Assembly: GCA_017441845.1 (NCBI GenBank)
Contig: JAFRVB010000008.1
Location: 110,143 to 174,142, forward strand
Reading direction: 5' to 3'
DNA from: Bacilli bacterium
GTDB taxonomy: Bacteria; Bacillota_I; Bacilli_A; RF39; UBA660
DNA length: 64,000 bases
This document shows positions 9,778 through 18,447 of the stretch, piece by piece. The notes beneath the pieces were generated by a model. That model was given only the letters and a program-made list of their open reading frames with translations, was not told the DNA's origin and searched no databases. A program made the translations under genes and the position numbers. Within the stretch, counting starts at the first letter, position 1. Each line of letters starts with the position of its first letter.

Positions 9778-9975
9778 CTCCTAACAAAAAAAGAACAGTA
9801 CAAGGAGCTTAATAAAAGCGGTACCATCCTTTTAAATACTTAATTAGATAACGGTTATCCCGGATATTATTATATCTCTATAGGGTAGATAAATAAGTAT
9901 TTATTATCGTTTCCACCAACCACGACTCTCTTTAAATAAATAATCTTATTATTAGTCCTAATTATCGATCAATTA
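9778..9975 (-). promoter_or_regulatory. T-box riboswitch leader (Ser) with intrinsic terminator, controlling serS
   Basis: The minus strand reads AAAGAGAGTCGTGGTTGGTGGAAAC (stem I), then the T-box core GGATGGTACCGC. A terminator helix AAAAGGAUGGUAC / GUACUGUUCUUUU and a U-run follow. An upstream TGTATAAT is a -10-like element. The candidate specifier is UCU in 'TTATCTACCC' (tentative). Confidence 0.8.
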
Positions 9976-9988
9976 AATTATACAACAA

Positions 9989-10636
9989 TTAATTTGAAAA
10001 AACAAATCGTTTATTACATATCATTTCTGGATGATGTTTCAATGATAAATAAGTAAATAATCTTATATTACTAGGTTTTAATTTAGAATAATTTACTCTA
10101 TCAAATCCAAATAATCCATCAGTAAAAGATACATACACTTCATAATTACCATCTTTTTTAATATCAAACTCTACATATCCTTCTAAAGAATTCTTTAAGA
10201 AAGGAGATTTTATATCTTTCCCAAACATTTCATCAGAATTATTCACTTCAAAATAATAAACATCTTTAGTCTCAGTAGTACATTTTAAACCTTCACTAGT
10301 ATAATAAACAATAACTTGATCTACCATCTTATTAACATTATCAATATATTCTTCTTTACTAGTATTATCATAATGTAATAGTCTTGGTACTACAAATACT
10401 ATAATTACTATGAATATTACAAATATAATAATAGTTCTAAGTATTTTAGTTGTATCACTTTCTTTTTTATTATTATTTAAATACTTATCATTATAATCAA
10501 CTGTATCATCATTATTATAATTATCTATTATCTTCTCTGTTTCAGTTTTTTTCTTTTTAAATAAACTAAATTTCTTTTTCTTGTTATCTTCTACTTCATC
10601 ATCTCTAATACGATTATCATTATCATTAATAAACAT
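9989..10636 (-). CDS. Bitopic membrane protein, paralog of 10645..11382 (unknown function)
   Basis: Lys/Asn-rich N-terminus, one TM helix, and an extracytoplasmic domain ending 'SPFLKNSLEGYVEFDIKKDGNYEVYVSFTDGLFGF...KLKPSNI'. This aligns with the neighbouring gene's C-terminal domain. Confidence 0.5.
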   Translation of the reverse strand: MFINDNDNRIRDDEVEDNKKKKFSLFKKKKTETEKIIDNYNNDDTVDYNDKYLNNNKKESDTTKILRTIIIFVIFIVIIVFVVPRLLHYDNTSKEEYIDNVNKMVDQVIVYYTSEGLKCTTETKDVYYFEVNNSDEMFGKDIKSPFLKNSLEGYVEFDIKKDGNYEVYVSFTDGLFGFDRVNYSKLKPSNIRLFTYLSLKHHPEMICNKRFVFSN

Positions 10637-10644
10637 ATTATCAC

Positions 10645-11382
10645 CTACTTACAATTAGTATTTATAGAAGGATAATTAATTTTATAATACGGTAAAACAT
10701 TACTAGGTTTTAACTCATCAATATTCTTTTCTCTAATACCAAAAGTACCATCTGATAAGGCAATACTATATTGATATTTACCATTTACCTTAGTAACTAA
10801 TACATAACCCTTATATTGATTCTTTAAATATGGAGAAACTATATCTAAATTAAAATCTTTCTTTAATGTATCAGAACTAAATACAAATAAATATTCATCA
10901 CTTTTATTACATTTCTTAAAATTATTATTACCATATTTATATTTAATCTTATTAACAATCTCTTTAGAATGATCAACATATACTTGTTGTTTACCTACTA
11001 AGAATTTATATCCATAAAATACTACAACAACAAATAATACAAATATTATTAATCTATATATACTTTCAAATAATGAATGTGTCTTTTCAAACTTAGTTTT
11101 CTCTACATGTTTACTAACTGTTTCTTTATAATCATCTACAGATTTATAATACTTCTTTTCTTTAGTAGTATCTTTTTTACGCAAATCAAAATTAAAAAAC
11201 TTGTTAGTAGGTTCTTCTTTACCTTCTTTTTTTAATTTCTTTTTAGCTTTTTTATCATATTTAACTAAAAAATCATTACTACTATTATCATAATTAATAT
11301 ATCCACAATGAAAGCAAAATCTATCATTATAATGCATTTCATTACCACATTTAGGACATATCATAACCCCATTGTTTTCCAT
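10645..11382 (-). CDS. Zinc-ribbon / single-TM protein, paralog of 9989..10636
   Basis: N-terminal 'CPKCGNEMHYNDRFCFHCG' zinc ribbon, one TM helix, and the domain 'SPYLKNQYKGYVLVTKVNGKYQYSIALSDGTFGI...ELKPSNV'. Confidence 0.55.
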   Translation of the reverse strand: MENNGVMICPKCGNEMHYNDRFCFHCGYINYDNSSNDFLVKYDKKAKKKLKKEGKEEPTNKFFNFDLRKKDTTKEKKYYKSVDDYKETVSKHVEKTKFEKTHSLFESIYRLIIFVLFVVVVFYGYKFLVGKQQVYVDHSKEIVNKIKYKYGNNNFKKCNKSDEYLFVFSSDTLKKDFNLDIVSPYLKNQYKGYVLVTKVNGKYQYSIALSDGTFGIREKNIDELKPSNVLPYYKINYPSINTNCK

Positions 11383-11383
11383 A

Positions 11384-12208
11384 TTATTCCTCCATATATT
11401 TTTTAAATACTTTAGTTACTACTTTATATCCCTCATCATTTAAATGTAATCCATCATCTGTATATTTCTTATCTAAATAACCATCTTTATCTACTAATTT
11501 AGGATACATATTAATATATTCAATATCATTATTCTTACAATATATTTTTAATGCCGCATTTAATTTCTTAATTGAAGTTAATTTATCTATATCTTTAGCT
11601 TTCTTATTCATATCATAATTAACTGGATATATAGAAACAACTCTTATAGTCGCTAGAGGTCTATTCTTTTCAATCTGATTAATTATAGAAACATAATTAT
11701 CAAATATCTTTTGTAATTCATACTTCTTTTGAATATCATTAGTACCAACTAAAAGAAATACATCAGTAGGATTATATCTATATACTCTATTATACATATC
11801 ATCTAAAATATTATCAGTTGAATTACCATTAATACCAGAATTTACTACTCTATTTTTCATATTAGGATAAAATTTTTCTAAATCATATCCCTTAGTAAGA
11901 GAATCTCCTAAAAATACATAATTCTTTTCTATATTAGGATGTTCACATTCAATTGGTTCATTAAAAGAATTATAATTAATAAAATAAAATAGTAAAAACC
12001 CTGATAATAAAGCAGCCACTACAATAAATATCATATTAGTATATTTAGAATTAAATACACTGCTAATGATATTCTTTTTCTTTGGACTAATATTATCCTT
12101 TATTATCATTGGAGTATTATAATAATCTTTATTTATATTAATATTTCTCTCTACTCTAGTTTTTACATCTTCATCTTTTTTCTTCTTAAAAAAATTTATC
12201 ATGTTCAT
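11384..12208 (-). CDS. Membrane-anchored SGNH/GDSL hydrolase
   Basis: N-terminal TM helix, block I 'VFLGDSLTKGY', block III 'GINGNST', block V 'DGLHLNDEGY'. Confidence 0.7.
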   Translation of the reverse strand: MNMINFFKKKKDEDVKTRVERNININKDYYNTPMIIKDNISPKKKNIISSVFNSKYTNMIFIVVAALLSGFLLFYFINYNSFNEPIECEHPNIEKNYVFLGDSLTKGYDLEKFYPNMKNRVVNSGINGNSTDNILDDMYNRVYRYNPTDVFLLVGTNDIQKKYELQKIFDNYVSIINQIEKNRPLATIRVVSIYPVNYDMNKKAKDIDKLTSIKKLNAALKIYCKNNDIEYINMYPKLVDKDGYLDKKYTDDGLHLNDEGYKVVTKVFKKYMEE

Positions 12209-12256
12209 CCGTTCCTCTAGAACATTATACCAAGATATTGAAAAAAAAAGAAGTTT

Positions 12257-12838
12257 TTAATCATACTTCTTTTTAAAATAACAATATAATCTATAAAAAA
12301 TAGTAAATATAATCCAAATAAGTAATATCAAATTACTAATCTGAACTAAAGATAATATAGTACTATTAGTATATAATTGTTTCATACTATTAAGTTCTAT
12401 TTCATTAGAAGCACTCAATGTAACAAATAATAAGAATAAGAAGTATATTAAACTAAAACATATATAATTAAATATCCTCTTAAACATAGTTATCTTCTTA
12501 TTAAATATCGTATAAATAATCATAATAGATACAAATAACATAATAAAGAAATAAACTATAGTAGATGGAAAATATATATATTGCATAATTCCCTTAATAG
12601 TAGAATTAAAACATAATTTAACATAGTCATTATAACTAACTAATACTCCTAATAATAAACCAATATATATACCAATAAATCCTAAATTAAGTAATATATT
12701 TCTTCTTTTTAAATTAATAATCAATAAAGTAAATAATAGAAGACAAAATATCAATAATTCAACAGTTATAGCAGATGAAAAAATATATTTAAAAATATAT
12801 CCAATTTTATCAAATATTGTCTCCTTCATTTTATTCAC
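12257..12838 (-). CDS. Polytopic membrane protein (unknown), immediately downstream of the sortase-like gene
   Basis: 193 aa, about 5-6 hydrophobic helices, no recognisable motif. There is a 6-nt gap from the sortase-like stop. Confidence 0.45.
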   Translation of the reverse strand: MNKMKETIFDKIGYIFKYIFSSAITVELLIFCLLLFTLLIINLKRRNILLNLGFIGIYIGLLLGVLVSYNDYVKLCFNSTIKGIMQYIYFPSTIVYFFIMLFVSIMIIYTIFNKKITMFKRIFNYICFSLIYFLFLLFVTLSASNEIELNSMKQLYTNSTILSLVQISNLILLIWIIFTIFYRLYCYFKKKYD

Positions 12839-12844
12839 CCCAAA

Positions 12845-13522
12845 TTAATCTGATTCACATATATAAACTGTTTGTTTCTTATCACTACCCTTAGTACAAG
12901 TAATCAATGTAAGAGTAGTTTTTTTATAATTTCTAATTATACTAACATACCCATTCTTAGGTACTGTATATATCTTCTTAATAGTATATTTATATGTATT
13001 ACCTTTATAATCAATATATGCCTTATCTCCTACTTTTAGTTTATAGAGATTAGCAAAATATGATATCCAAGCATCACCAGATTGAGCTATTAATACCAAA
13101 TTACCATGTTTAACATTAGGCATATCTGATCCTTTAATTAAAGTAACATTATACTGAATATTATTATATTTAGAAGTTGTATTAAAGAATCCTCTCTTTA
13201 ATGATATTTTAGGTATTCTTAGAACACCTAAGTATATACTATAATCAATCGGTTTATATTCAACTTTTTTAGGTTTCTTCTTTTTATCCATAGAAACAAC
13301 TTCATTACTAATAGGAGTATCATATTCTTCAACCGCATTAGTATTATCAGAAAAACTAATTAACATATCAGAATATACCTCATCCTTTAAAGACATTAAG
13401 CTATTCCATGATAAAGCAATAATACCTATAAAAATAAGTAAAGAGCCAAATAACAATATCTGGCTCTTCTTTATTTTTTTAATCTTATTGTTGATATTGT
13501 TTTTGATTTTTGATATTAACAT
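12845..13522 (-). CDS. Sortase-like transpeptidase homolog (TLITC motif, non-canonical His/Arg positions)
   Basis: N-terminal TM anchor, 'GVLRIPKISL', 'GNLVLIAQSG', 'KLKVGDKAYIDYKGNTYKYTIKKIY', 'TLTLITCT'. The layout matches the sortase fold order. Confidence 0.65.
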   Translation of the reverse strand: MLISKIKNNINNKIKKIKKSQILLFGSLLIFIGIIALSWNSLMSLKDEVYSDMLISFSDNTNAVEEYDTPISNEVVSMDKKKKPKKVEYKPIDYSIYLGVLRIPKISLKRGFFNTTSKYNNIQYNVTLIKGSDMPNVKHGNLVLIAQSGDAWISYFANLYKLKVGDKAYIDYKGNTYKYTIKKIYTVPKNGYVSIIRNYKKTTLTLITCTKGSDKKQTVYICESD

Positions 13523-14753
13523 ATAATATTCCTAATCCAGATAACAATACAACCATACCAATAATATACATGATTGAAGAAGCATCAGTTCCAGTATCTG
13601 GAGCTTTAGTTATATTAAATGGCATTCCAGCTACTTTAGCATGTGAGAATTTATCAACAGTAGTAACTCTTTGAGCTGTACCACTTGTTGGTTCATAATA
13701 GTAACCAGTATAAACTTCAAAGTTAGCTTGTACTGATAATGTGAAATCAACTTTTCCTTTAACTTCTTTAGCTGGTACATATAAATATAATTGTTGATAT
13801 TTAGAATAACTTACGTTATCTAAATCTTTAATTAATTCTTCTTTTCCACTAGCATTAATTCCATATACTTGTGTTCCCTTAGGAGCATTTCCTAATTTAA
13901 TAGTATAGTTATCAGAGAAGTCAGAAATTAATCCACTAGTTCCAATCTTAACTGTAATCTTATCAGATTTTAATCTATCATTAGCATAAGTAAACTTATT
14001 ACCATTTCCACTAACAGATACATTTAATACATTACCACTATTATGAGATAAAATAGCTTTATCTAAAATGGTATTCATTCCAGAATCTTTATAGAATGAA
14101 GTAGCAGCAGTTATAGTTCCTTTTGGATCCAATCCAAAATCAGTAACTTGCATGTTTTTAATATTGTACATTTCACTCTTACGAGTTGAAACATAAACTT
14201 GAGTACTATCCCCAGCTACAGTTTTTGAATTAGCTGCACCTGTAGAACCTAAATACATCCAGATAGCAGTTTGTCCTAACCAAGATTTAACATAACTCTT
14301 TGCTTGATCAGCAGTAAGAGAACCAGTAGTAGTTAACTTGCTAGAATCAATGTTTAAAGTTTCTATTTTAGTTAATAGATAAATGAATCCTTCATCAGAG
14401 ATTTTTTGTCCTCTCTTTAATGTTGCAGCAGAATACATAATAGCACTTTCAACACAATAAACTGGTTTAGTACCACTACCTACTGTAGCAACATATGGTT
14501 CAACAGCAAAATCACCAGCTCCAGTACTATCTGTAGGTTTTAAACGTATATTTGGATTATCTGCTGGACTAAGTGTTGTAATAGTTGCTGGTAAAGTATC
14601 TACATTTGGTAATGAATATGTAGTACCACTCATACTAATAAATAGTATTGAAACAATTGCAACAAAAGCAACAGCAAATGATAAACCAACAGAAGCAGTT
14701 AATCTTGCACTCATTTTTTTCTTTTGATTTTCTTCAATATAAATTTTTTCCAT
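13485..14753 (-). CDS. Surface adhesin candidate with thioester-domain-like motifs and APDTG sorting signal
   Basis: Signal-peptide/TM N-terminus. 'KPVYCVES' (YC[LIV][EQ]-like) and 'GQTAIWMY' (TQxA[IV]W-like). C-terminus 'APDTG' + TM + 'KNQKQYQQ'. AAGGTGAG RBS at 14753. Confidence 0.55.
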   Translation of the reverse strand: MEKIYIEENQKKKMSARLTASVGLSFAVAFVAIVSILFISMSGTTYSLPNVDTLPATITTLSPADNPNIRLKPTDSTGAGDFAVEPYVATVGSGTKPVYCVESAIMYSAATLKRGQKISDEGFIYLLTKIETLNIDSSKLTTTGSLTADQAKSYVKSWLGQTAIWMYLGSTGAANSKTVAGDSTQVYVSTRKSEMYNIKNMQVTDFGLDPKGTITAATSFYKDSGMNTILDKAILSHNSGNVLNVSVSGNGNKFTYANDRLKSDKITVKIGTSGLISDFSDNYTIKLGNAPKGTQVYGINASGKEELIKDLDNVSYSKYQQLYLYVPAKEVKGKVDFTLSVQANFEVYTGYYYEPTSGTAQRVTTVDKFSHAKVAGMPFNITKAPDTGTDASSIMYIIGMVVLLSGLGILYVNIKNQKQYQQ

Positions 14754-14814
14754 TTTCTCACCTTACCTTGTTAATATCATTATATCATATTTATTAAAAT
14801 AACAACAATATTTT

Positions 14815-16041
14815 TTAATTTATAACAAACATTTCCTTAATATTACTAATTTTTACATTATCTTTGACATACAAAGTAGCTAACAAGTCTCCTTTTCTTA
14901 CTTTATCCCCTAATTGTTTATTTAATTTAATACCTACTCCATAATCAATTTTATCATCTAGTTTTTCTCTTCCAGCACCCAATTTAACAGATAATTTTCC
15001 TACTTCTAAAGCATCTATCTTAGTAAGTTTACCATTTTTGTATGCTCTAATATTTTTGGTTTTATTAGAAATTTTAATCTTATCAAGATTTCCACCTTGA
15101 GCAGTTACTAATTCTTCAAATTTATTATAAGCTTTTCCAGAGCCAATAGAGTCTTTAACTTCTTTTAAAGCCTCTTCTTTACTAATACTTTTACCCATAC
15201 TAATCATTTCAGATGCTAGATCATAACAAACATCTACTAGATGAGTATCAGTCTCTTTACCTTGAATTATATCAATTGCTTCTAAAACTTCTAAAGCATT
15301 ACCAATATTATAACCTAGTGGTGTATTCATATCATTAATAATAACACTAACTTCTCTATTATAAATTTTACCTATTTTAATCATTAAATCTTCTAATTTT
15401 TTAGCATCTTCATGATTATTAATTAAAGCTCCATTACCCATTTTTAAATCGATAACAATCTTATCAGCTCCAGAAGCTATCTTCTTACTCATAATAGATG
15501 AAGCAATTAAACCAATAGAAGAAACAGTGCCTGTAACATCTCTTAAAGCATAAATAACTTTATCCATAGGTACTAAATTAGCTGTTTGAGAACTAATTAC
15601 TACTCCAATATCTTTAACTTGTTTAATTATTTCTTTATCAGTTAAATTAACATTATATCCAGGAATAGATTCCAATTTATCAATAGTTCCTCCAGTATAA
15701 CCAAGACCTCTTCCACTCATTTTAACAACTTTTACCCCACAAGAAGCAACTATTGGTGCAATAACCAAAGTAGTTTTATCACCAATTCCTCCAGTAGAAT
15801 GTTTATCAACTAAGACTTTTATATCCTTAGAGAAATCTAATACATCTCCACTATCAACAAATATCTTAGTTAAACAAAAAGTCTCTTCTTCAGTTAAACC
15901 ATTAATACATATAGCCATCAATAAACTACTCATCTGATAATCTTTAACTTCACCAGATAAATATCCATTAAAGAAATAATCTAATTCTTTATAGTCTAAT
16001 TCTTCTCCTAATCTTTTCTTATTAATGATATCAACAATCAC
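14815..16041 (-). CDS. pdp: Pyrimidine-nucleoside (thymidine) phosphorylase
   Basis: 'VDKHSTGGIGDKTTLVIAP', 'KMSGRGLGYTGGTIDKLESIPG', 'SSIMSKKIASGAD'. Confidence 0.9.
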   Translation of the reverse strand: MIVDIINKKRLGEELDYKELDYFFNGYLSGEVKDYQMSSLLMAICINGLTEEETFCLTKIFVDSGDVLDFSKDIKVLVDKHSTGGIGDKTTLVIAPIVASCGVKVVKMSGRGLGYTGGTIDKLESIPGYNVNLTDKEIIKQVKDIGVVISSQTANLVPMDKVIYALRDVTGTVSSIGLIASSIMSKKIASGADKIVIDLKMGNGALINNHEDAKKLEDLMIKIGKIYNREVSVIINDMNTPLGYNIGNALEVLEAIDIIQGKETDTHLVDVCYDLASEMISMGKSISKEEALKEVKDSIGSGKAYNKFEELVTAQGGNLDKIKISNKTKNIRAYKNGKLTKIDALEVGKLSVKLGAGREKLDDKIDYGVGIKLNKQLGDKVRKGDLLATLYVKDNVKISNIKEMFVIN

Positions 16042-16451
16042 TATATCACCTTCTCATAAACATTAGTTTCTTTAAGACCAAACCCCATACTTTGATACAT
16101 TTTATTAGCAACAACTTTACTAGGTTTAGAAGTTAACTGTATCATACTACAACCATTCTCTTTACAAAGAGAAATAGCTTCTTCCATCATCTTTTTACCA
16201 ATATCGTTTCCACGATAATCTATATCTACACATACATGATTAATTATAGAATACTTAGTATTTTTAATAATATCAGTACAAAAAGTAATATTTAAATAAC
16301 TTACTACTTCATCATCAATTAAACCAACTATTCCTAGTACTCTATCATCTTCTAAAATATCAGTAATATTATGACTAGAAAAAGATTTATTAATTAAATT
16401 AATAACTTTTTCTTTATATTTATTTTCATATTTAACAAAATTAACTTCCAT
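16041..16451 (-). CDS. GNAT family N-acetyltransferase
   Basis: 136 aa. The acetyl-CoA site is 'VCVDIDYRGNDIGKKMMEEA'. Its stop overlaps the pdp start. Confidence 0.7.
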   Translation of the reverse strand: MEVNFVKYENKYKEKVINLINKSFSSHNITDILEDDRVLGIVGLIDDEVVSYLNITFCTDIIKNTKYSIINHVCVDIDYRGNDIGKKMMEEAISLCKENGCSMIQLTSKPSKVVANKMYQSMGFGLKETNVYEKVI

Positions 16452-16478
16452 ATTATCACCTATTATTATTTTATCATA

Positions 16479-17072
16479 TTACTTAGTCAATTTTTTTACT
16501 TTTTTAAAGTAACATTTAGGACACATAGATCTATAAGTAACATTATCAAATCCATCTATCGCAACTTGTTCTCCTTCTATTGTTAATTCTCCATCTACAA
16601 ATCTAGCATTCAAAGTAGCTTTTTTACCACATTCACAGATAGTTTTCATCTCTTCAATAGTAGAAGCAATTTCAAGTAAACGACTGGCTCCTGGAAATCC
16701 TTGTAATTTGAAATCTGTTCTTAGTCCATAACATATTACTGGAATATCCATTTCAGTTGCGAAAAATAGTAGTTCATCGACTTGTTTAGGTTCTAAAAAT
16801 TGTGTTTCATCTACTAATAAGCAGTCGAGCTGATTGTTTTTTTCTAGATATTCTTCAGCAATTTCTATAATTGAATCATCTTCTCCAACTAAATAATCAA
16901 CTTCTCTACTAACACCAAGTCTAGAAACAACTTCTTTTTCACCTTTTTTATCTTTACTTGGTTTCAATAAGAGTATATTCATACCTCTTTCTTCATAGTT
17001 ATGAGCAACTTGTAATAAAGCTGTTGTTTTACCACAATTCATCGCACCATATCTAAAGTATAACTTTGCCAT
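16479..17072 (-). CDS. tdk: Thymidine kinase
   Basis: 'MAKLYFRYGAMNCGKTT' P-loop, 'LVDETQFL', and C-terminal zinc-site Cys pairs 'CECGKKA...CPKC'. Confidence 0.92.
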   Translation of the reverse strand: MAKLYFRYGAMNCGKTTALLQVAHNYEERGMNILLLKPSKDKKGEKEVVSRLGVSREVDYLVGEDDSIIEIAEEYLEKNNQLDCLLVDETQFLEPKQVDELLFFATEMDIPVICYGLRTDFKLQGFPGASRLLEIASTIEEMKTICECGKKATLNARFVDGELTIEGEQVAIDGFDNVTYRSMCPKCYFKKVKKLTK

Positions 17073-17123
17073 AAAACCACCCAATTAAAGTATAACAAAA
17101 AAGAAGAGATTATTCATCACTTC

Positions 17124-18404
17124 TTAGGCTAATTTTTTTTCTTTATCTTCTAAAGTATCATAGTTGGTAGAATCTTTTAATATCTCTTCTAACTCATTAT
17201 TAGTATTTTGTTCCTTATTACTTATATTACTAATTTTATTATCTAATAATTTGCCTTCATCATTTAATACCTTATGCTTTCTATCTTTTTCTCTAATTTC
17301 ATTAACCTTCATTTCCATTTTAGCAAGCTCTCTGCACACATCTAATCTCAAATTAACCATATTATCTGTATCTTGACCAAAAGTATTTTGATCTTGATTA
17401 ATTATGGCTTTACTACGTTCCATATAAGTATTTAATAATTGTTTTGCTTTCTCCAACATAATCTCTCTATCCTGTGGATTAATTAATGAAACTTTATCAA
17501 CAATAGAGTTTATTTCATTCATAATTTTATCTTCTAAGTTAAGAGATTTAGTTGGTTCTTCTTCTACAGTAAAACCATCAGGCATTACTATCTTATCAAC
17601 ATAATCAATTTGTCTTAAATGATTTTCTTTAACTTTATTAACTTTTATTTCACTTATCTTTTCTTTAATTTCTTCTATTGCTTCCTTAACAAAACCAAAA
17701 GCATTTCCTCCAAAATATGATGCTTCATCATTTTTAAACATAGCCACAAGTTCTTCTACCATTGCTATAGTAGCAGTAGTTATTGCTCCAATAGCAATGG
17801 CTGGAATTAAACCAAATGCTGTAGTTGCTGCAGAAATACCCATTGCTGTTGCTGCAACACCACTAGCTAAAGGTATTCCAGTAATAGCTGCAACTTTAGA
17901 AGATTGTTTAGCAACCACTTTAGCATTACTTCTATCAATGCCCTCTAAATAATCTAAATATATTCTAGCTTCTAAAGGAGTCAATTCATCATGAGAATTT
18001 CTAGTTTTAACTATTACTTGATTTCTTAAATCTTCATTTTTATTTTCAATTAAATCATTTTCATTTTTATCTTCACTTTTTAATAATAAATCATGCATTT
18101 TAAAAGTAGTATTATCATACATACCAAAAGCATAATCTTTCATATCATTATCATTAATATCTATCATATGAGCTACTCTATTATTTTTTTCAACAAGAAA
18201 AAATCTATTAGTTTCTTTATCATACTTAACTAGATTATTGCCATTACTAATATTTAAATCTACTTCTTTAACAAAGTTATCAAAAGTAGTTTCTTTATCA
18301 CCCATAGATACAGTTCCTAATTCTGAAACAAAAATATCTTTATCTAAAGATGAAATATTAAGTCTTTGTTTTAAAGAATTCATCTCTTCTTCGCTCATAC
18401 CCAT
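17124..18404 (-). CDS. Hypothetical protein: coiled-coil with central Gly/Ala-rich hydrophobic hairpin
   Basis: 426 aa. The central segment is 'AAITGIPLASGVAATAMGISAATTAFGLIPAIAIGAITTATIAMV', with Lys/Glu/Asn-rich helical flanks. An alternative start two codons in has better RBS spacing. Confidence 0.5.
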   Translation of the reverse strand: MGMSEEEMNSLKQRLNISSLDKDIFVSELGTVSMGDKETTFDNFVKEVDLNISNGNNLVKYDKETNRFFLVEKNNRVAHMIDINDNDMKDYAFGMYDNTTFKMHDLLLKSEDKNENDLIENKNEDLRNQVIVKTRNSHDELTPLEARIYLDYLEGIDRSNAKVVAKQSSKVAAITGIPLASGVAATAMGISAATTAFGLIPAIAIGAITTATIAMVEELVAMFKNDEASYFGGNAFGFVKEAIEEIKEKISEIKVNKVKENHLRQIDYVDKIVMPDGFTVEEEPTKSLNLEDKIMNEINSIVDKVSLINPQDREIMLEKAKQLLNTYMERSKAIINQDQNTFGQDTDNMVNLRLDVCRELAKMEMKVNEIREKDRKHKVLNDEGKLLDNKISNISNKEQNTNNELEEILKDSTNYDTLEDKEKKLA

Positions 18405-18447
18405 CCCTCTAGTCTAGTTATATCATATTTTTAATAAAAAAAGAAGA

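Noticed and set aside
18355-18365. When walking the minus-strand frame by hand, the A-run at the line break around 18359-18362 seemed to contain one extra base relative to the ORF-track protein ('KQRLNISS'). That would imply a frameshift.
   Set aside because: The ORF track is computed from the sequence and gives a continuous 426-aa frame with coordinates divisible by three. My hand count across the line break is the more likely error, so I make no pseudogene call.
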